Origin: a virus
Lineage: Duplodnaviria > Caudoviricetes
Length of the DNA stretch: 63,647 nt
Strand: one strand, 5' to 3'
Virus record (IMG/VR): IMGVR_UViG_3300030059_002966
Coordinates: 1-63,647 of that record
In this document: positions 1 to 10,364 of the stretch, piece by piece
Layout: the number at the start of each line of letters is the position of its first letter
How positions within the stretch are numbered: position 1 is the stretch's first letter
The notes under the pieces: generated by a model
The model's input: only the letters and a program-made list of their open reading frames with translations
Databases searched by the model: none
Told to the model about the DNA's origin: nothing
Program-made: the position numbers and the translations under genes

Positions 1-100
1 TACCTCTACTAAAGAATCTTTAGAAAACTTTTCTAAAACAAGAGAAGACGCAGCTAACAATGTTGGCAATTGGTCTCCGGCTATGACAGGCGTTGATCAA
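1..100. repeat. Terminal overlap, copy 1 (circular assembly)
   Basis: 3..100 is identical to 63550..63647; 100 nt with one mismatch (A2 vs G63549). Confidence 0.97.
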
Positions 101-1282
101 AACACTTATAAAGAAATAATAGGTAAAGAAGCTTATAAAAACTTAGAGTACACTACTGACGGTATATTTTATACCGATGCTGCTGGAAAAAGAACAAATA
201 TAAATGATTTAAGCGGTGTTGATACTAGAGCTTCAGGCGCAACAGACGCGCTTTACACTGCTTTAGATGCTAGTGCAAAAGCTGGTGGACAAGGATTAGA
301 ATTTACTTTTGATGAAAACGGAAATCCATCTGACTTAAATTCTAGGATGGTTTTAAGAAATGTAAACAACATACTGCTAGACAAGAAATCTGCAGCTGAT
401 TTGTTTATAGGTGGTGTTCCTGGTTACGAAGGAGACTTGAGCACAAATCCTTCTTATCAATACATAAACGAACAAGCGTCTTTAGGTAATGCAGATTATA
501 CTAGCATGCCTGTAGGAACTGATGGCAACGTAGACTTTACTAGTGACGAATATTTAATGAAACTAGAAGAACTTAAGTCAAACGTGCCTACAGAGTGGTT
601 AAGCGGCTTTGTTATGGACATGATGAAGGACGCTAATAGTGAAGGGTTTGGTAAGTACAACGAAAGCGTAAAAACTAAAAGTGGCAAAGGCAGTGGCTTT
701 GGAGATGAAACAAATTTTGCTGGCTTCTTTACAGACCTTTACAATGGATCAATGATGAAAATACCTGGTCTTGGTCAAAAAGTTCAATACGCAAAATATA
801 ATACTGAAAATCAACAAGTAGAAATATACAACTCTGACAGAGCTACGATTGGTGATCCAATGTCGTTAGGTGAGTTTATGGGTGAAGTTGGTGTTCCACA
901 AGACGCTAGACAAAAAGTATTAGACTACTTTACTGGAGCGCAAGATCCTGTATCAACAGAAACTAAAATGAGTCCGAAGGATGAAGAAAGAGTTAGAGAT
1001 GCTTTTCCAGGAAGCAAAGAGGGTGGAAAGAAAATGAGAGTTGGTAGCAAAAATGATAACGACGACGATGAGGCTGTAGATAAACTAAGAACTTTATTTC
1101 CAGATATTGAAATTGATGTTTCAGAGTTTAATCTTAAAGAAAAAATAAGAATAGCAGATAAAGACTTTAAAATTAGAAGTGACGACTTTGATCCTCAGCA
1201 AGTTATAGATCACTTAAACGATGTAATGTACGGCAAAAAATCTTCATCTAATAAGGTGGATGACGCATTAAACAAAAAATAA
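83..1282 (+). CDS. C-terminal part of the putative internal virion/ejection protein (true start 63204)
   Basis: Long ORF between the pilot-like protein and the giant protein, the usual position of podovirus ejection proteins. Confidence 0.7.
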   Translation: MTGVDQNTYKEIIGKEAYKNLEYTTDGIFYTDAAGKRTNINDLSGVDTRASGATDALYTALDASAKAGGQGLEFTFDENGNPSDLNSRMVLRNVNNILLDKKSAADLFIGGVPGYEGDLSTNPSYQYINEQASLGNADYTSMPVGTDGNVDFTSDEYLMKLEELKSNVPTEWLSGFVMDMMKDANSEGFGKYNESVKTKSGKGSGFGDETNFAGFFTDLYNGSMMKIPGLGQKVQYAKYNTENQQVEIYNSDRATIGDPMSLGEFMGEVGVPQDARQKVLDYFTGAQDPVSTETKMSPKDEERVRDAFPGSKEGGKKMRVGSKNDNDDDEAVDKLRTLFPDIEIDVSEFNLKEKIRIADKDFKIRSDDFDPQQVIDHLNDVMYGKKSSSNKVDDALNKK

Positions 1283-1293
1283 ATTATTAATAC

Positions 1294-4200
1294 ATGTTTG
1301 AACTAAACGGCGTAGAGCTAACATCACAAGACATAAAAAATTATGCTCAAGAAAACGATATGTCTTTTACAGAAGGCTATGAGTTTCTCTTAGGCAAAGG
1401 TCTTAAAGAGAAAAGCGTAGAGTCATCTGTTGGCCTTATGGAAAACTTGTTTCCACAAATAGACCCTGTTGAGGAAATAGAAGATGTTTCTTCTGTTAAA
1501 GACGCTGGCGTTTGGGCAATGACAGGTATTGTAGACGCTATGGATGACCTTGGGAATATTTTTACTGGTAGCGTGCAAAGAGCTAAGCTACTAGATCCAA
1601 TAAGTAGAATTAAAAAAGGTACAGCAACAGACGAAGATATTCAACAAGTTCTTGAGTTTAACAAGAATCCAGACATCGGCATGACTGACGAAATACTTAA
1701 GCAGGATTTTGAAAGAGAACTAATAGCTGAAAAGTATGGTAAACCAGCCGCGTTCTTTATGACGTTTTTTAAAGAAGGTACTGCGCAGAAATTTCTTCAA
1801 AGCACATTTCTTCAGGTTGGCGCTCTTGCAACAGAAAGAGGTAGAGCACAAGCCGCCAAAGGAGCTGGTATAGGAGTTGGTACAGCGGCATCGTTAAACC
1901 TTGTCCCTGGTTTAGCGTTTTTACCAGAAGAAATAGCTTCAATACCTATAATGGCGCTTTCAGGAGGTTATGCCGGGATAAGCCAAGCTTTAGAAGTTCA
2001 ACTTACATTGTCAGAGCTTATTACCGAAGAGCTTTTAGAAAAAGGTATAAATGCTAACGACGCAACAGTAGAAGACGTTAGAGCCATAATGGAAGATGAA
2101 GAGGTGTTTAGCGATATTAGAAAGAGAGCCGTAAGAAGAGGTAACACTATTGGAACAATAGATGGTTTTACTGGTATTTTTCTGAAAGGAGCTATTAGAA
2201 AAGGTAGAGGCGTTACTAAGCGTAGTATACCTACTAGAAGCAGAACGTCAGGATATTTAGCAGGAAGTGCGTTTGAAACAGGTATGGGTTTAACCAGTGA
2301 ATTAGCTGGGCAAATAGCAGGTGAACAAGACTTAGACATTACAGCTATACTTGAAGAAGGTTTTATAGATAAAACCATGGCGCCGGTAAGCCTTGCGTCT
2401 AACCTTTACAAAGGTCCTGCTACTTACAGCATAAACGGCAAAGAAGGTGATAGTGGAAAAATGTCTGCTAAAAAGTTTTTTAAATACGTAAATAGCTTGT
2501 CAGACACAGAGCTTTACGAGCAAATGCCTTTGTTTAAAGTAGAAAACGATAAGCTTGCTAGCAACATATTGAACCAAAGAGTTTACGATGTAGCTGTTGA
2601 TATGGAAGTTGACACTAGAATTAACGATCCTAAAAAAAGAGCTGAAGCAATAAAACTTCAAAAAGAGCTTAATAAAATAAAAGACAAAAAAGGTGCTACT
2701 TACGATAAAAGAAGAAGCAAGTTAAAAGAAAAAATCAACGCAATAGCAGACGAGTTTGCTGACAATGAAGTTGACGTTACTAAAGAACAACAAAATGAAG
2801 CTATTAAGCTTGAAAGAAAAGACAACGTAAAAAAGTTAATAAAAAGCGAATCTGAAAAGCTAAAAGAAATGGGTAAAGACCTTGGAGGTCTTGATCTAGA
2901 CGCTTACGATACGGAACAAGAAATGGTTGACGCCTTTGTAGCTGCAGGCGGTAACATAAACGAAATAAGTAGAGACGCTGACGGTAAGGTAACACAAGAA
3001 GCTTTGATACTAGGCGAAAAAATGTTTATCAACATAGATCGCGCTGCTGCAATAGAATCTATAAATCCAGCATCTCACGAGGTACTACACAGAGTAATAG
3101 GTAACTCATTTGCAAGCCTTGATGAAGCTACTAGGCTTAAAGTTGCTGGAGGCTTTTTCAACACAATGACTAAGTCACAAAGAAAGTTTGTTACACAAAG
3201 ACTTAAAGATGATTACAATGTAGACGCTGTTGATGATAGCTTTTTCAAAACTAATCAGGCAGAAGAAATATTTACAGTGTTTGCTCAAGGTATAAGAGAT
3301 AATGATATTACTTTTGATGAAGGATTGTTTAGTAAACTAGGTCTTATACTACAGGAGTTTCTTAGAAAGTCACCTATATTCAAGGGTAAGTTTAAAGGAG
3401 AATTTACCAACGGTAAACAAGTGTACAATTTCTTAAAGCAGTATAATCAAGACATCGAGACTGGAAAGTTTAGTGAAAGAGTAAAAGACTTTGCCGCTGT
3501 AGACAGAGCTGAAGGAACTAAAACCGCAGCATCTAACAGACAAATTTCTGATGAAGCTAAAAAAATACAAGCTGAAGTTGATGCTTTAGGCAAAAAAGCT
3601 GATGGTAGCAAGATGACCAAAGCAGAGTATGATGCTGGACCTAACATTAAAGCATACGAAGAGCTTATTTCTAAAGGCAAGTTAAGAACATTAATTAAAA
3701 ACCAACTTGTAAAGCAAGGTATAGACATACAAGCAGAAGACGCTAATGTTAATGGAATACCTTTGCAAGAGTTTTTAGAAGATGTTGAAGGAAGGCTTAC
3801 TACGGAAATATTAAATTTTAATCCAGATAAAGAAACTACAACTCAAGGTAAGTTTGGACTTTCTGGTTTTATAAACCAAAGAATAATATTTAGAACTGGT
3901 GACGTTGCTAAAACTGGTAAGAAGAGAGTTGATACTAAGTCGCTAGATAAAGAGCAAGAGTCTGCAGGCGGAAAGTCTATGGCTGACAACATACAAGATA
4001 AAGAAGATGCTAGCTTAGAAGACTTAGAAACAGAAGATTTATCTGCTCAAGCGCAGCAAGACAAGAAGATAAAAGAAGATAAAGGAGAAGCTGGCATATT
4101 TTCTAAGCTTAGAAAAAGACTAACCTTAAAAGGACAACCTATACTAGGTGAAAGAACTAACTCTGAGTCTATTGTAAATACTATACTAGTAGAAGTAAGA

Positions 4201-7200
4201 AGAATATTTGTTTCAGAAAGAACACCTTTGTCTAGCGATAGTTTTTTAGCTAACTTAGAAAAGTCTTTAGACGCAAGATTATTTAAGCTTATAAAAAATG
4301 CTTTAGGTACTAAAAAAGCTTACGATGACTTTATAATAGAAAACGCTTCTGAAATAGCTAATCTACCTACTAAGCACTTAGTTGCTTTAGAAAGAGAGGT
4401 TAAAGACGATGCTGATCGTATGTTCACTGAGTTTGACAAAAAGCTTACGTCAAAAGAAGATGTTCAAAGAGCTGTAGATCAAGGACTATTAGACAAAGAT
4501 GCTTTAACTAAAATAGACAAAGGACAAGCTGTTAATCTTTACAGAAAGAAAAACAACATAAACCTTGACAACGTGGTTAAGTTTTTTGACGCACCACCTG
4601 TAAACCCTAAGACTAGTAAGCGCAGTGGTTTAAAAGGTACTAGAAAAGATACATTGGCTAGAAGATTTGCTTTTGAGTTAGCTCAAGATGCTTTACCAGA
4701 GATCGCTAGCATGCCTGAGGTTGCAGATTACAGAAGTTTAATAGATAATGCTGAGTTTGGTAAGGTTCAAATAAACGAGCTCTCTAGAATGATTAATAGA
4801 GAGCCTAGGTTAATGTTTTCAGAAACAAAAGCTTCAGGTAAAAGAGCGCCTCTTACTAACACACAAAAAGCGCTACAGAAAGGCTCAAATATAAGCGTCC
4901 CTGTTCAAAATTATCTTGAAAAATTATTGAATGGCGAGCTTAAACAAAGTGAAATTGACGAAAATGACATAAATCAACTATTAGCTAACAAGTTTTTTTT
5001 AGAAAGACCGTATGAAAGAATTTCAGACAAAGGAATACTTAAAGACTTGCTAAGTGAAATAACAAAATTAAGAAAGAAAGGTTTTAAAACGCAGAAGATT
5101 TACAAAATGTACGAGCAGCACTTTATTGCTTTAGCTAATGCCGTAATGCAAGAAAACTCTGCTATTTCCGCTGATAAGGTTGTTAGAGAAGGAGGTAGAC
5201 CTGATCTTACGTTTATATACGATAACAGCGGCACTATAGTTGGTGTTGAAATAAAAATGGATACAGCTAGAGGAGTTGCTCAAACAGCCTCATTTAAGCT
5301 TGTTAACGATAAGTTTGAAGTTTCTTTTTCAAACCCTAATCCTCAAGACACACAGGCTGAACAAGATCTTCAAAATAAAATGTCAGAAAGGCTTGCGCAA
5401 TTGCTTGAAGGCATTAGCTTTGACAATGAAAACCAAGGCGTAAGCACTGATGACGCTAATAAATTAAAGCTGATTTCACACACGTTCTTGAAAGATATGC
5501 GCGTTGAGATTACTGCTGCTTACATTGCGGCGCACTACAACATGAAAAACTTACCAGAAACATTTATAAACATAGGTAACGCTGGCTTGTTCTATATGCT
5601 AGAGAATGTTGTAAAACCTGAACAATCAAAGTTCTACAAAGATAAAGTTAAAAAGCTTGTTAGCGAGGGTATAAGCGAGGCAGACGCTCAAAAACAAGCT
5701 CGCAAAGAGTTTGTAGAAACAAGAGAAATAACGATGAGAGTAGCTGAAGCCTTAAATATACCTGAGTTAAAGTCAAATCAAAAATTATACTTAGGCGCTA
5801 GACTAATTATTAGTGACGCTAGAAAAACAAAAGGCAACACGCACAGAGTTACGGGTAAAATAGAGCCTCAAATAGATTCTAAAAACTTTGACAAGTCAAC
5901 GTTTGGAAATCTTTCTAATCCTAAAGACATGGCTAGGTTTGTTGAAGCTTTAAACAATGACTCAGTTAAGTACGGTTCAAAGTCTTCTAACAGAAACCTT
6001 CAAAAAGCGGCAATGAATGCTAGGCTAGTAGACAAAAACACTAAAGCCAAAGGTATTAGTATATGGGACTTTGATGACACCCTAGCTCAGACTAAATCTA
6101 ATGTACTTTTCACTGATCCTAACGGCAAGAAAGGAAAGCTTAATGCAGAAGACTTTGCTAAGAAAGGAGCTGATCTATTGTCAAAAGGATACGTGTTTGA
6201 CTTTTCAGAGTTTAGCAAGGTAACAGATGGTACGCCTGGGCCTTTCTTCAAAAAGGCTATTGACAGAATTAAAAAGTTTGGAAATAAAGATAACTTCATA
6301 TTAACAGCAAGACCTGCCGACGCTGCTGGTCCTATTAAGCAGTTTTTAGACAGCTTAGGTTTAGACATACCTTTAGAAAATATAACTGGACTAACAAACT
6401 CTACTCCGCAAGCAAAAGCTCTTTGGATAGTAGATAAGGTTGCCGATGGATACAATGACATTTACTTTGCAGACGATGCTTTAGCTAACGTTCAAGTTGT
6501 TAAAGATGTATTAGAGCAGTTTGATATAAAGTCCGACGTACAACAAGCTAAAATAAAAGCTAGCAATAGAAGAAGTGTAGACTTTAATAAAATACTAGAA
6601 AGAAAAACTGGTGTTCCTTTTAACGAAACATTTTCTAGAGCAAGAGCTATAAAAAGAGGTAAGGATAAAAATAAATTTCAATTGTTTGTTCCTCCAAGCG
6701 CTGAGGATTTTGTAGGACTAATATACTACATGATTGGCAAGGGCAGACAAGGAGAACAAGACTTTCAGTTTTTAAAGAAAAACTTAATAGATCCTTTTGC
6801 TAGAGCTAGTAGAGAGGTGGATATGGCTAGACAGTCGATAGTGAACGATTGGAACAACGTTAGAAAAAAACATAAAGCCGCGGTTAAAAAGCTAAGTAAA
6901 AAAATACCAGGCATGGATTACACTTATGATGATGCTATTAGAGTGTTTTTGTGGGAGATTACTGGTCAAGAAATACCTGGCTTAGATAAAAAAGAAATTA
7001 GAGAGCTAAGAGACGTTGTAGTAAAAAACATGGGGCTAATAAAGTTTGCTATGGATCTTAAGCTTATAGTACAACTAAAAGATGGATACGTTAAGCCCGG
7101 TGAATCATGGACGGCTGGTAGTATAGCGTCAGATGTTAACGAAGCTGTAAACGACATTAGAAGAAGTGAGTTTTTACAAGAATGGTCACAAAACATTAAA

Positions 7201-8691
7201 GAGCTATTTACCGAAGAGAACTTAAACAAACTTGAAGCATTGTTTGGAACTACATACAGACAGTCGCTTGAAGACATTCTTTATAGAATGGAAAAAGGTA
7301 AAAATAGACCTAAAGGAACAGACGCTGCTACAAATAGATTTATGAATTGGTTAGCTGGGTCTGTTGGTGCTATAATGTTTTTTAACGTTAAGTCTGCTGT
7401 TCTTCAAAATATATCTATATTAAACTACATAAACTACACAGATAATAACCCTATTCAAGCAGCTAAAGCTTTTGCTAATCAAAAGCAATACTGGGCAGAC
7501 TTTGCTTTTATATTTAATTCTGACTTTTTAAAACAAAGAAGATCTGGCCTTAACACACACATCGAGTCTAACGAGCTAGCTTCAATAGCTGCAAACGCGA
7601 CAAATAAAGCTAGAGCAATACTAGCTTACTTGCTTAAAATAGGTTTTACACCTACTCAAATAGCAGATAGCTTTGCAATTTCAGTGGGAGGAGCAACATT
7701 TTATAGAAACAGAGTAAAAAGATTTGTTAGTGAAGGCATGAGTCAAGCAGAAGCTGAAACACAAGCTTTTGCAGAGTTTAGAGAAACAACAGAAGAGTCT
7801 CAACAGTCTGCTAGACCTGATAGAATATCGAAGCAACAAGCTTCAAGCTTGGGAAGGTTATTGTTAAACTTTCAAAACTATCCAATGCAGCAAAACAGAA
7901 TAATAAAGAAAACTGTTTTAGATATGAAAAACGGTAGAGGAGACATGAAGCAACATGTTTCTAGGTTATTGTACTATGGATTTGCTCAAAACATAATATT
8001 TTTATCTCTTCAAAACGCTTTATTTGCAATGCTGTTTGAGGAAGCAGAAGATGATGACGAGCTTTTAGACACTAAGACTGAAAGAATATTTAACGGTGTG
8101 GCAGACACGCTGCTTAGAGGATCTGGAATAGTTGGTGGAGTAATAGCTACAGTTAAGAATACTTTGTTAATGGCAGACACGCAGCTAAAGAAAGGTAGAA
8201 AAGGTGAAGGCGCTAAAGTACTGATAGAAGTGGCAAATCTATCACCATCGGTAGGTAGCAAATTAAGAAAGATATATAAAGGATACAAAAGTGCAGATTG
8301 GGACAGAAACGCTATATCAGAAATGCCTTTATACGATTCTAGAAATCCTATATGGAGTATATCTGCGCCAGTTATTGAAGCCACTACAAACGCACCTGTT
8401 GACAGAATTGTAAGAAAAATAAACAATATAAGACTAGCTCTAGACTCTAACTACTCTGCAATGGCTAGACTATCGATGTTTCTTGGTGTTAGTCCTTACG
8501 AGCTAGGTATAAACCCAAGTAAAGATGTTAAAGACGCTAAGCAAAGAGCAAAAGATAAAAACAAAGGTAAAGGTAATCAGTCTACTTCTACTAAGAAAGG
8601 AGAAAAAAGATGCAAAGCTGCTACTAGCTCTGGCCCACGATGTAAAAACATGACGAACAACAAAAACGGTAGGTGTTATGCTCACCAATAA
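1294..8691 (+). CDS. Giant (2465 aa) polyvalent ejection-type protein: zincin HExxH, sigma region 2/3-like segment, PD-(D/E)xK nuclease, HAD phosphatase, C-terminal C3H zinc finger
   Basis: HEVLH (aa ~595); FNPDK..LSGFINQRI..SLD (aa ~787-915); PDL..VEIK (aa ~1303-1321); DFDDT/LTAR/K/FADD (aa ~1592-1728); C-x9-C-x10-C-x2-H at the C-terminus. Last of three genes after the tail block. Confidence 0.7.
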   Translation: MFELNGVELTSQDIKNYAQENDMSFTEGYEFLLGKGLKEKSVESSVGLMENLFPQIDPVEEIEDVSSVKDAGVWAMTGIVDAMDDLGNIFTGSVQRAKLLDPISRIKKGTATDEDIQQVLEFNKNPDIGMTDEILKQDFERELIAEKYGKPAAFFMTFFKEGTAQKFLQSTFLQVGALATERGRAQAAKGAGIGVGTAASLNLVPGLAFLPEEIASIPIMALSGGYAGISQALEVQLTLSELITEELLEKGINANDATVEDVRAIMEDEEVFSDIRKRAVRRGNTIGTIDGFTGIFLKGAIRKGRGVTKRSIPTRSRTSGYLAGSAFETGMGLTSELAGQIAGEQDLDITAILEEGFIDKTMAPVSLASNLYKGPATYSINGKEGDSGKMSAKKFFKYVNSLSDTELYEQMPLFKVENDKLASNILNQRVYDVAVDMEVDTRINDPKKRAEAIKLQKELNKIKDKKGATYDKRRSKLKEKINAIADEFADNEVDVTKEQQNEAIKLERKDNVKKLIKSESEKLKEMGKDLGGLDLDAYDTEQEMVDAFVAAGGNINEISRDADGKVTQEALILGEKMFINIDRAAAIESINPASHEVLHRVIGNSFASLDEATRLKVAGGFFNTMTKSQRKFVTQRLKDDYNVDAVDDSFFKTNQAEEIFTVFAQGIRDNDITFDEGLFSKLGLILQEFLRKSPIFKGKFKGEFTNGKQVYNFLKQYNQDIETGKFSERVKDFAAVDRAEGTKTAASNRQISDEAKKIQAEVDALGKKADGSKMTKAEYDAGPNIKAYEELISKGKLRTLIKNQLVKQGIDIQAEDANVNGIPLQEFLEDVEGRLTTEILNFNPDKETTTQGKFGLSGFINQRIIFRTGDVAKTGKKRVDTKSLDKEQESAGGKSMADNIQDKEDASLEDLETEDLSAQAQQDKKIKEDKGEAGIFSKLRKRLTLKGQPILGERTNSESIVNTILVEVRRIFVSERTPLSSDSFLANLEKSLDARLFKLIKNALGTKKAYDDFIIENASEIANLPTKHLVALEREVKDDADRMFTEFDKKLTSKEDVQRAVDQGLLDKDALTKIDKGQAVNLYRKKNNINLDNVVKFFDAPPVNPKTSKRSGLKGTRKDTLARRFAFELAQDALPEIASMPEVADYRSLIDNAEFGKVQINELSRMINREPRLMFSETKASGKRAPLTNTQKALQKGSNISVPVQNYLEKLLNGELKQSEIDENDINQLLANKFFLERPYERISDKGILKDLLSEITKLRKKGFKTQKIYKMYEQHFIALANAVMQENSAISADKVVREGGRPDLTFIYDNSGTIVGVEIKMDTARGVAQTASFKLVNDKFEVSFSNPNPQDTQAEQDLQNKMSERLAQLLEGISFDNENQGVSTDDANKLKLISHTFLKDMRVEITAAYIAAHYNMKNLPETFINIGNAGLFYMLENVVKPEQSKFYKDKVKKLVSEGISEADAQKQARKEFVETREITMRVAEALNIPELKSNQKLYLGARLIISDARKTKGNTHRVTGKIEPQIDSKNFDKSTFGNLSNPKDMARFVEALNNDSVKYGSKSSNRNLQKAAMNARLVDKNTKAKGISIWDFDDTLAQTKSNVLFTDPNGKKGKLNAEDFAKKGADLLSKGYVFDFSEFSKVTDGTPGPFFKKAIDRIKKFGNKDNFILTARPADAAGPIKQFLDSLGLDIPLENITGLTNSTPQAKALWIVDKVADGYNDIYFADDALANVQVVKDVLEQFDIKSDVQQAKIKASNRRSVDFNKILERKTGVPFNETFSRARAIKRGKDKNKFQLFVPPSAEDFVGLIYYMIGKGRQGEQDFQFLKKNLIDPFARASREVDMARQSIVNDWNNVRKKHKAAVKKLSKKIPGMDYTYDDAIRVFLWEITGQEIPGLDKKEIRELRDVVVKNMGLIKFAMDLKLIVQLKDGYVKPGESWTAGSIASDVNEAVNDIRRSEFLQEWSQNIKELFTEENLNKLEALFGTTYRQSLEDILYRMEKGKNRPKGTDAATNRFMNWLAGSVGAIMFFNVKSAVLQNISILNYINYTDNNPIQAAKAFANQKQYWADFAFIFNSDFLKQRRSGLNTHIESNELASIAANATNKARAILAYLLKIGFTPTQIADSFAISVGGATFYRNRVKRFVSEGMSQAEAETQAFAEFRETTEESQQSARPDRISKQQASSLGRLLLNFQNYPMQQNRIIKKTVLDMKNGRGDMKQHVSRLLYYGFAQNIIFLSLQNALFAMLFEEAEDDDELLDTKTERIFNGVADTLLRGSGIVGGVIATVKNTLLMADTQLKKGRKGEGAKVLIEVANLSPSVGSKLRKIYKGYKSADWDRNAISEMPLYDSRNPIWSISAPVIEATTNAPVDRIVRKINNIRLALDSNYSAMARLSMFLGVSPYELGINPSKDVKDAKQRAKDKNKGKGNQSTSTKKGEKRCKAATSSGPRCKNMTNNKNGRCYAHQ

Positions 8692-8693
8692 TC

Positions 8694-8700
8694 GTGTAAT
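8694..8700 (+). promoter_or_regulatory. Putative class II (middle/late) promoter core GTGTAAT
   Basis: Same core as 24993-24999(-) and 62267-62273; 10 nt upstream of ATG 8711. Confidence 0.45.
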
Positions 8701-8710
8701 AATTAATACT

Positions 8711-9748
8711 ATGACACTAAGAATTATTATATTCTTGCTTTTAGTTTTATCTGCTAGTAAATCTGAAGCACAAATTAAAAAAGCTTTTAAGTTTTCTACG
8801 TTCTACGTAGCAGCTAACGGAGGAACTTCTTTGTCTGACAGAGATGTATACTCTGTGGATAATAGCATGCTAGTGTATGATACTATATTTACTCCTTTTG
8901 ACTACTCACTAACAATGGGTATAAGGAAGATCAAGAGATTTCCATACGAAGCTAGAACTCAGTTTAAAGACGGTTTAGAAACTTCGTTTTCTGATGCTGC
9001 TAGCGTTGGATTATCTCCGTTTGAGTATTTGTTCGAGCTAGACTATAGAAGACAAGAAGGCGTAGAGTACTTTGATCAAAACCACTTTTTAAGATACGTT
9101 AAGCCATTATGGTTAGCTAAAGTAGAGTATTTAAAAGAAGGATTTGCAGATATAGAGTACTTTGAGTCTACGGCTAGACTAAGAATAAACTCTAAGAAGA
9201 AACTATCTTTTAATATTGGCGCTGTAAATAGACTAGCAGAGCCATACGGATACGATCCTTTAGAAGAGTGGACTATGTCTACTGGTAATGTTCACTACAC
9301 GCAATTGGCTATTCAGGAGGGATATAGCATTGATGTGTTTCAATCAGAGTATAAAGATCCGAACGGAAACATTGTTGCGAATAACTCTGCTGTTTGGGAA
9401 GAGGTAGTAATACCTACTGTATTGAAAAATTATGTAGATAAAAAAAGAAATCAATTGCCACAACAACTACAAAACTCGCTAGTTATTGGCTTTGACTTCT
9501 ATCATTATAAGAAAAACTTCTGGTTACATTCATGGGGTAATTTAATGCCATATCATTACGATAACGGCGATCAGTTTTCATATCACAACTTTAACGATGG
9601 AGAACAGTGGAACGATTACTCTGGTGGTTTAATATTTGGCTATAAGCTAAACAAAAGCCTAGGATGTTTCATAGAGGGTAAATATAACAAGTACTGGAAT
9701 AAAGAGTGGTACGATTTTAAAGCAGGGATAAATTACATAATATTTTAA
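8711..9748 (+). CDS. Secreted protein, putative outer-membrane beta-barrel
   Basis: Signal peptide MTLRIIIFLLLVLSASKSEA|Q; aromatic-rich amphipathic strands; C-terminal KAGINYIIF resembles a beta-signal. Start moved from 8678. Confidence 0.6.
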   Translation: MTLRIIIFLLLVLSASKSEAQIKKAFKFSTFYVAANGGTSLSDRDVYSVDNSMLVYDTIFTPFDYSLTMGIRKIKRFPYEARTQFKDGLETSFSDAASVGLSPFEYLFELDYRRQEGVEYFDQNHFLRYVKPLWLAKVEYLKEGFADIEYFESTARLRINSKKKLSFNIGAVNRLAEPYGYDPLEEWTMSTGNVHYTQLAIQEGYSIDVFQSEYKDPNGNIVANNSAVWEEVVIPTVLKNYVDKKRNQLPQQLQNSLVIGFDFYHYKKNFWLHSWGNLMPYHYDNGDQFSYHNFNDGEQWNDYSGGLIFGYKLNKSLGCFIEGKYNKYWNKEWYDFKAGINYIIF

Positions 9749-9749
9749 C

Positions 9750-10034
9750 ATGGCAAAGGAGTTAAATGAAAACACTAGTTTTAAAGTTAGTGTACAAACG
9801 TTAATAGCAATGGGGTTTGGTATGGCAACAGTTATAAGCATGTGGTTTGTTCTACAGGCCGATATAGCTGAGGCAAAAGAATTACCAGTTCCACCGCCAC
9901 AAGATGTTAGCCGCATGGAGTTTGACATGAAAGATAAGAATATTAGGTTGTCTATTGAAAACACTGAGAAAGCTGTTGATGATTTAAAAGATAGACTTAT
10001 TAGGATGGAAGATAAATTAGATAAACTTAGATAA
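9750..10034 (+). CDS. Single-TM protein with C-terminal coiled coil
   Basis: Hydrophobic segment aa ~13-35, then heptads (IENTEKAVDDLKDRLIRMEDKLDKL). Confidence 0.65.
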   Translation: MAKELNENTSFKVSVQTLIAMGFGMATVISMWFVLQADIAEAKELPVPPPQDVSRMEFDMKDKNIRLSIENTEKAVDDLKDRLIRMEDKLDKLR

Positions 10035-10354
10035 TGAAAACTATAGCTTTATTATTGTTAATATCTTCAACTGCTTGGGGACAAATAGTAGTAACTCACT
10101 TTAATGCTGACTGGAACAGTCCTAACAAGGTAAGTTACATTGGAGATTTAACAGACTGTGATATAGTATACGTTGATATAGCTGTAGCACCAGTGTTACA
10201 AGCTAAACACGAGATAGTTGTAGTACCTACGGTTGTTATATTTAAAGACGGAGAAGAAGTAAAAAGATTTCAAGCTGATATATCTTTTAGCATGAAAGCA
10301 ACAAGAGAGGATATGCAGGAGATAATTGATGAACTAATAATGAGTGATTTTTAA
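10034..10354 (+). CDS. Secreted thioredoxin-fold protein lacking CxxC
   Basis: Signal peptide ..STAWG|Q; HFNADWN where FxAxWC is expected; cis-Pro motif VPTVVIFKDGEEVKRF. Confidence 0.7.
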   Translation: MKTIALLLLISSTAWGQIVVTHFNADWNSPNKVSYIGDLTDCDIVYVDIAVAPVLQAKHEIVVVPTVVIFKDGEEVKRFQADISFSMKATREDMQEIIDELIMSDF

Positions 10355-10364
10355 AAAAAATATT

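Noticed and set aside
1-100. Terminal repeat as a biological direct terminal repeat
   Set aside because: It lies mid-ORF, the frame runs through the junction, and its length fits an assembler overlap; it indicates circularity only. The single mismatch (ACC/GCC) is a variant or an end error.
6067-6081. DFDD as the catalytic motif of a crAss-like virion RNA polymerase
   Set aside because: It reads DFDDT rather than DxDxD and is followed by HAD motifs II-IV; I saw no other RNAP motifs.
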